A stretch of 64,000 nt of DNA from Candidatus Poribacteria bacterium (GTDB lineage: Bacteria; Poribacteria; WGA-4E; JAJDTR01), in contig CBDDPW010000022.1 in assembly GCA_965232535.1 (NCBI GenBank), positions 512,519-576,518 of the forward strand, given 5' to 3'. The notes under the pieces are model-generated. The model was not told where the DNA came from. It saw only the letters and a program-made list of their open reading frames with translations, and made no database searches. Each line of letters starts with the position of its first letter. Positions within the stretch are counted from its first letter, which is position 1. Both the position numbers and the translations under genes were made by a program. Shown piece by piece: positions 63,121-64,000 of the stretch.

Positions 63121-64000
63121 ATGTCCATAAACCTCATAGTTCTTCTTCTAATTTCTCCGCTGATTGGGTTCCTCATCAACGGCCTCTTCGGCAAATGGTT
63201 GAAAAATGCCGAAAAGTTGAGTGGATGGATTGCGTGCCTTGCCGTCCTAGTTTCATTGATTTGCTCGATTATCGTGTTTACACACGTTAAGGGCGGAGCA
63301 GAGCTGAATCAGACACTCTACCAATGGATTGCCGCCGAATCTTTTGGGTTTAGCAAAGCCGAACTAGGATCTGCCGAGTCACCTACCCCTATATTCGAGT
63401 GGATTACCGGCAACTTTGCGTTCAACATCGGGTTTCACGTCGATTCCCTTACCGCCGTGATGCTGCTGATTATTACCGGTATCGGTTTTCTCATCCACGT
63501 TTATTCGATCGGCTACATGCACGGTGATCCGGGGTACACGCGCTATTTCGCCTATCTCAACCTCTTCGTGTTCGCGATGTTGATTCTAGTCTTGGCGGAC
63601 AACTATCTGATGATGTTCGTCGGTTGGGAGGGCGTTGGACTGTGTTCCTATTTGTTAATCGGCTTTTGGTATGAGAAAAAGTCTGCCACCGACGCGGGCA
63701 AGAAAGCCTTCATCGTTAACCGCATCGGTGATTTCGGCTTCCTGCTTGGCATGTTTACCCTCGTCGCCGCGTTTGATGGGCTAGATTTTATTCCTATCTT
63801 TGAACGCGCCGAATCCGGAGGCTTCATCCCAGTGTTCGGGGAGCATACGCTCGCCGTTGCGACCTTACTGCTATTTGTGGGTGCCGTGGGAAAATCGGCG
63901 CAAATCCCGCTGTATGTCTGGCTGCCCGATGCGATGGAGGGACCAACGCCCGTGAGCGCACTCATTCACGCCGCGACAATGGTCACGGCGGGTGTCTATA
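63121..64000 (+). CDS. nuoL: NADH-quinone oxidoreductase subunit L, 3'-partial (continues past window end)
   Basis: From the ATG at 63121: [27 protein letters not shown]...[45 protein letters not shown]... is the ND5/NuoL N-terminal half. It is absent from the ORF track because no stop lies within the window. Confidence 0.9.
   Translation, partial: MSINLIVLLLISPLIGFLINGLFGKWLKNAEKLSGWIACLAVLVSLICSIIVFTHVKGGAELNQTLYQWIAAESFGFSKAELGSAESPTPIFEWITGNFAFNIGFHVDSLTAVMLLIITGIGFLIHVYSIGYMHGDPGYTRYFAYLNLFVFAMLILVLADNYLMMFVGWEGVGLCSYLLIGFWYEKKSATDAGKKAFIVNRIGDFGFLLGMFTLVAAFDGLDFIPIFERAESGGFIPVFGEHTLAVATLLLFVGAVGKSAQIPLYVWLPDAMEGPTPVSALIHAATMVTAGVY

Overview
Bacterial chromosomal window, probably from the FCB/Bacteroidota-like superphylum: one giant protein carries a type-9-secretion C-terminal sorting domain. 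The core is conserved housekeeping synteny: groES-groEL on the minus strand, ligA, the rimP-nusA-ylxR-infB-DUF503-rbfA-nrnA-truB-ribF-rpsO-pnp block, gcvT-gcvH-gcvP, trkA-trkH, pdxH and a nuoA-L complex I operon. Three accessory blocks are inserted.

(1) A ~16.7 kb defence/accessory island (2.0-18.9 kb) bounded by two inverted copies of a ~170-bp MITE. It contains a stand-alone dsRBD protein, a small SAM-methyltransferase, and a type IIG RM/PglX-like gene split by a frameshift and by a third MITE copy. It also contains a tightly packed five-gene operon: a PHP-phosphoesterase fused to a Rad50/SMC-like ABC ATPase (Ppl-like), an AlbA_2/HATPase (Schlafen-like) protein, a GxxExxY protein, a PLD-nuclease/SNF2-helicase with a MazE-like C-terminal tail, and MazF, whose start overlaps the helicase stop. 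An APH-family kinase follows.

(2) A ~4 kb non-coding repeat jungle (16.6-20.4 kb) of nested palindromic REP/MITE-like units and 35-bp tandem repeats, leading into an IS110-family element. A separate IS5-family element carrying an in-frame stop lies at 25.3-26.2 kb.

(3) A 4.4 kb LRR/Ig-like/dockerin/T9SS-CTD surface protein inserted between nuoF and nuoG. nuoI is absent between nuoH and nuoJ, and a glyoxalase-like gene sits between nuoD and nuoE.

No tRNA, rRNA or CRISPR array was found.
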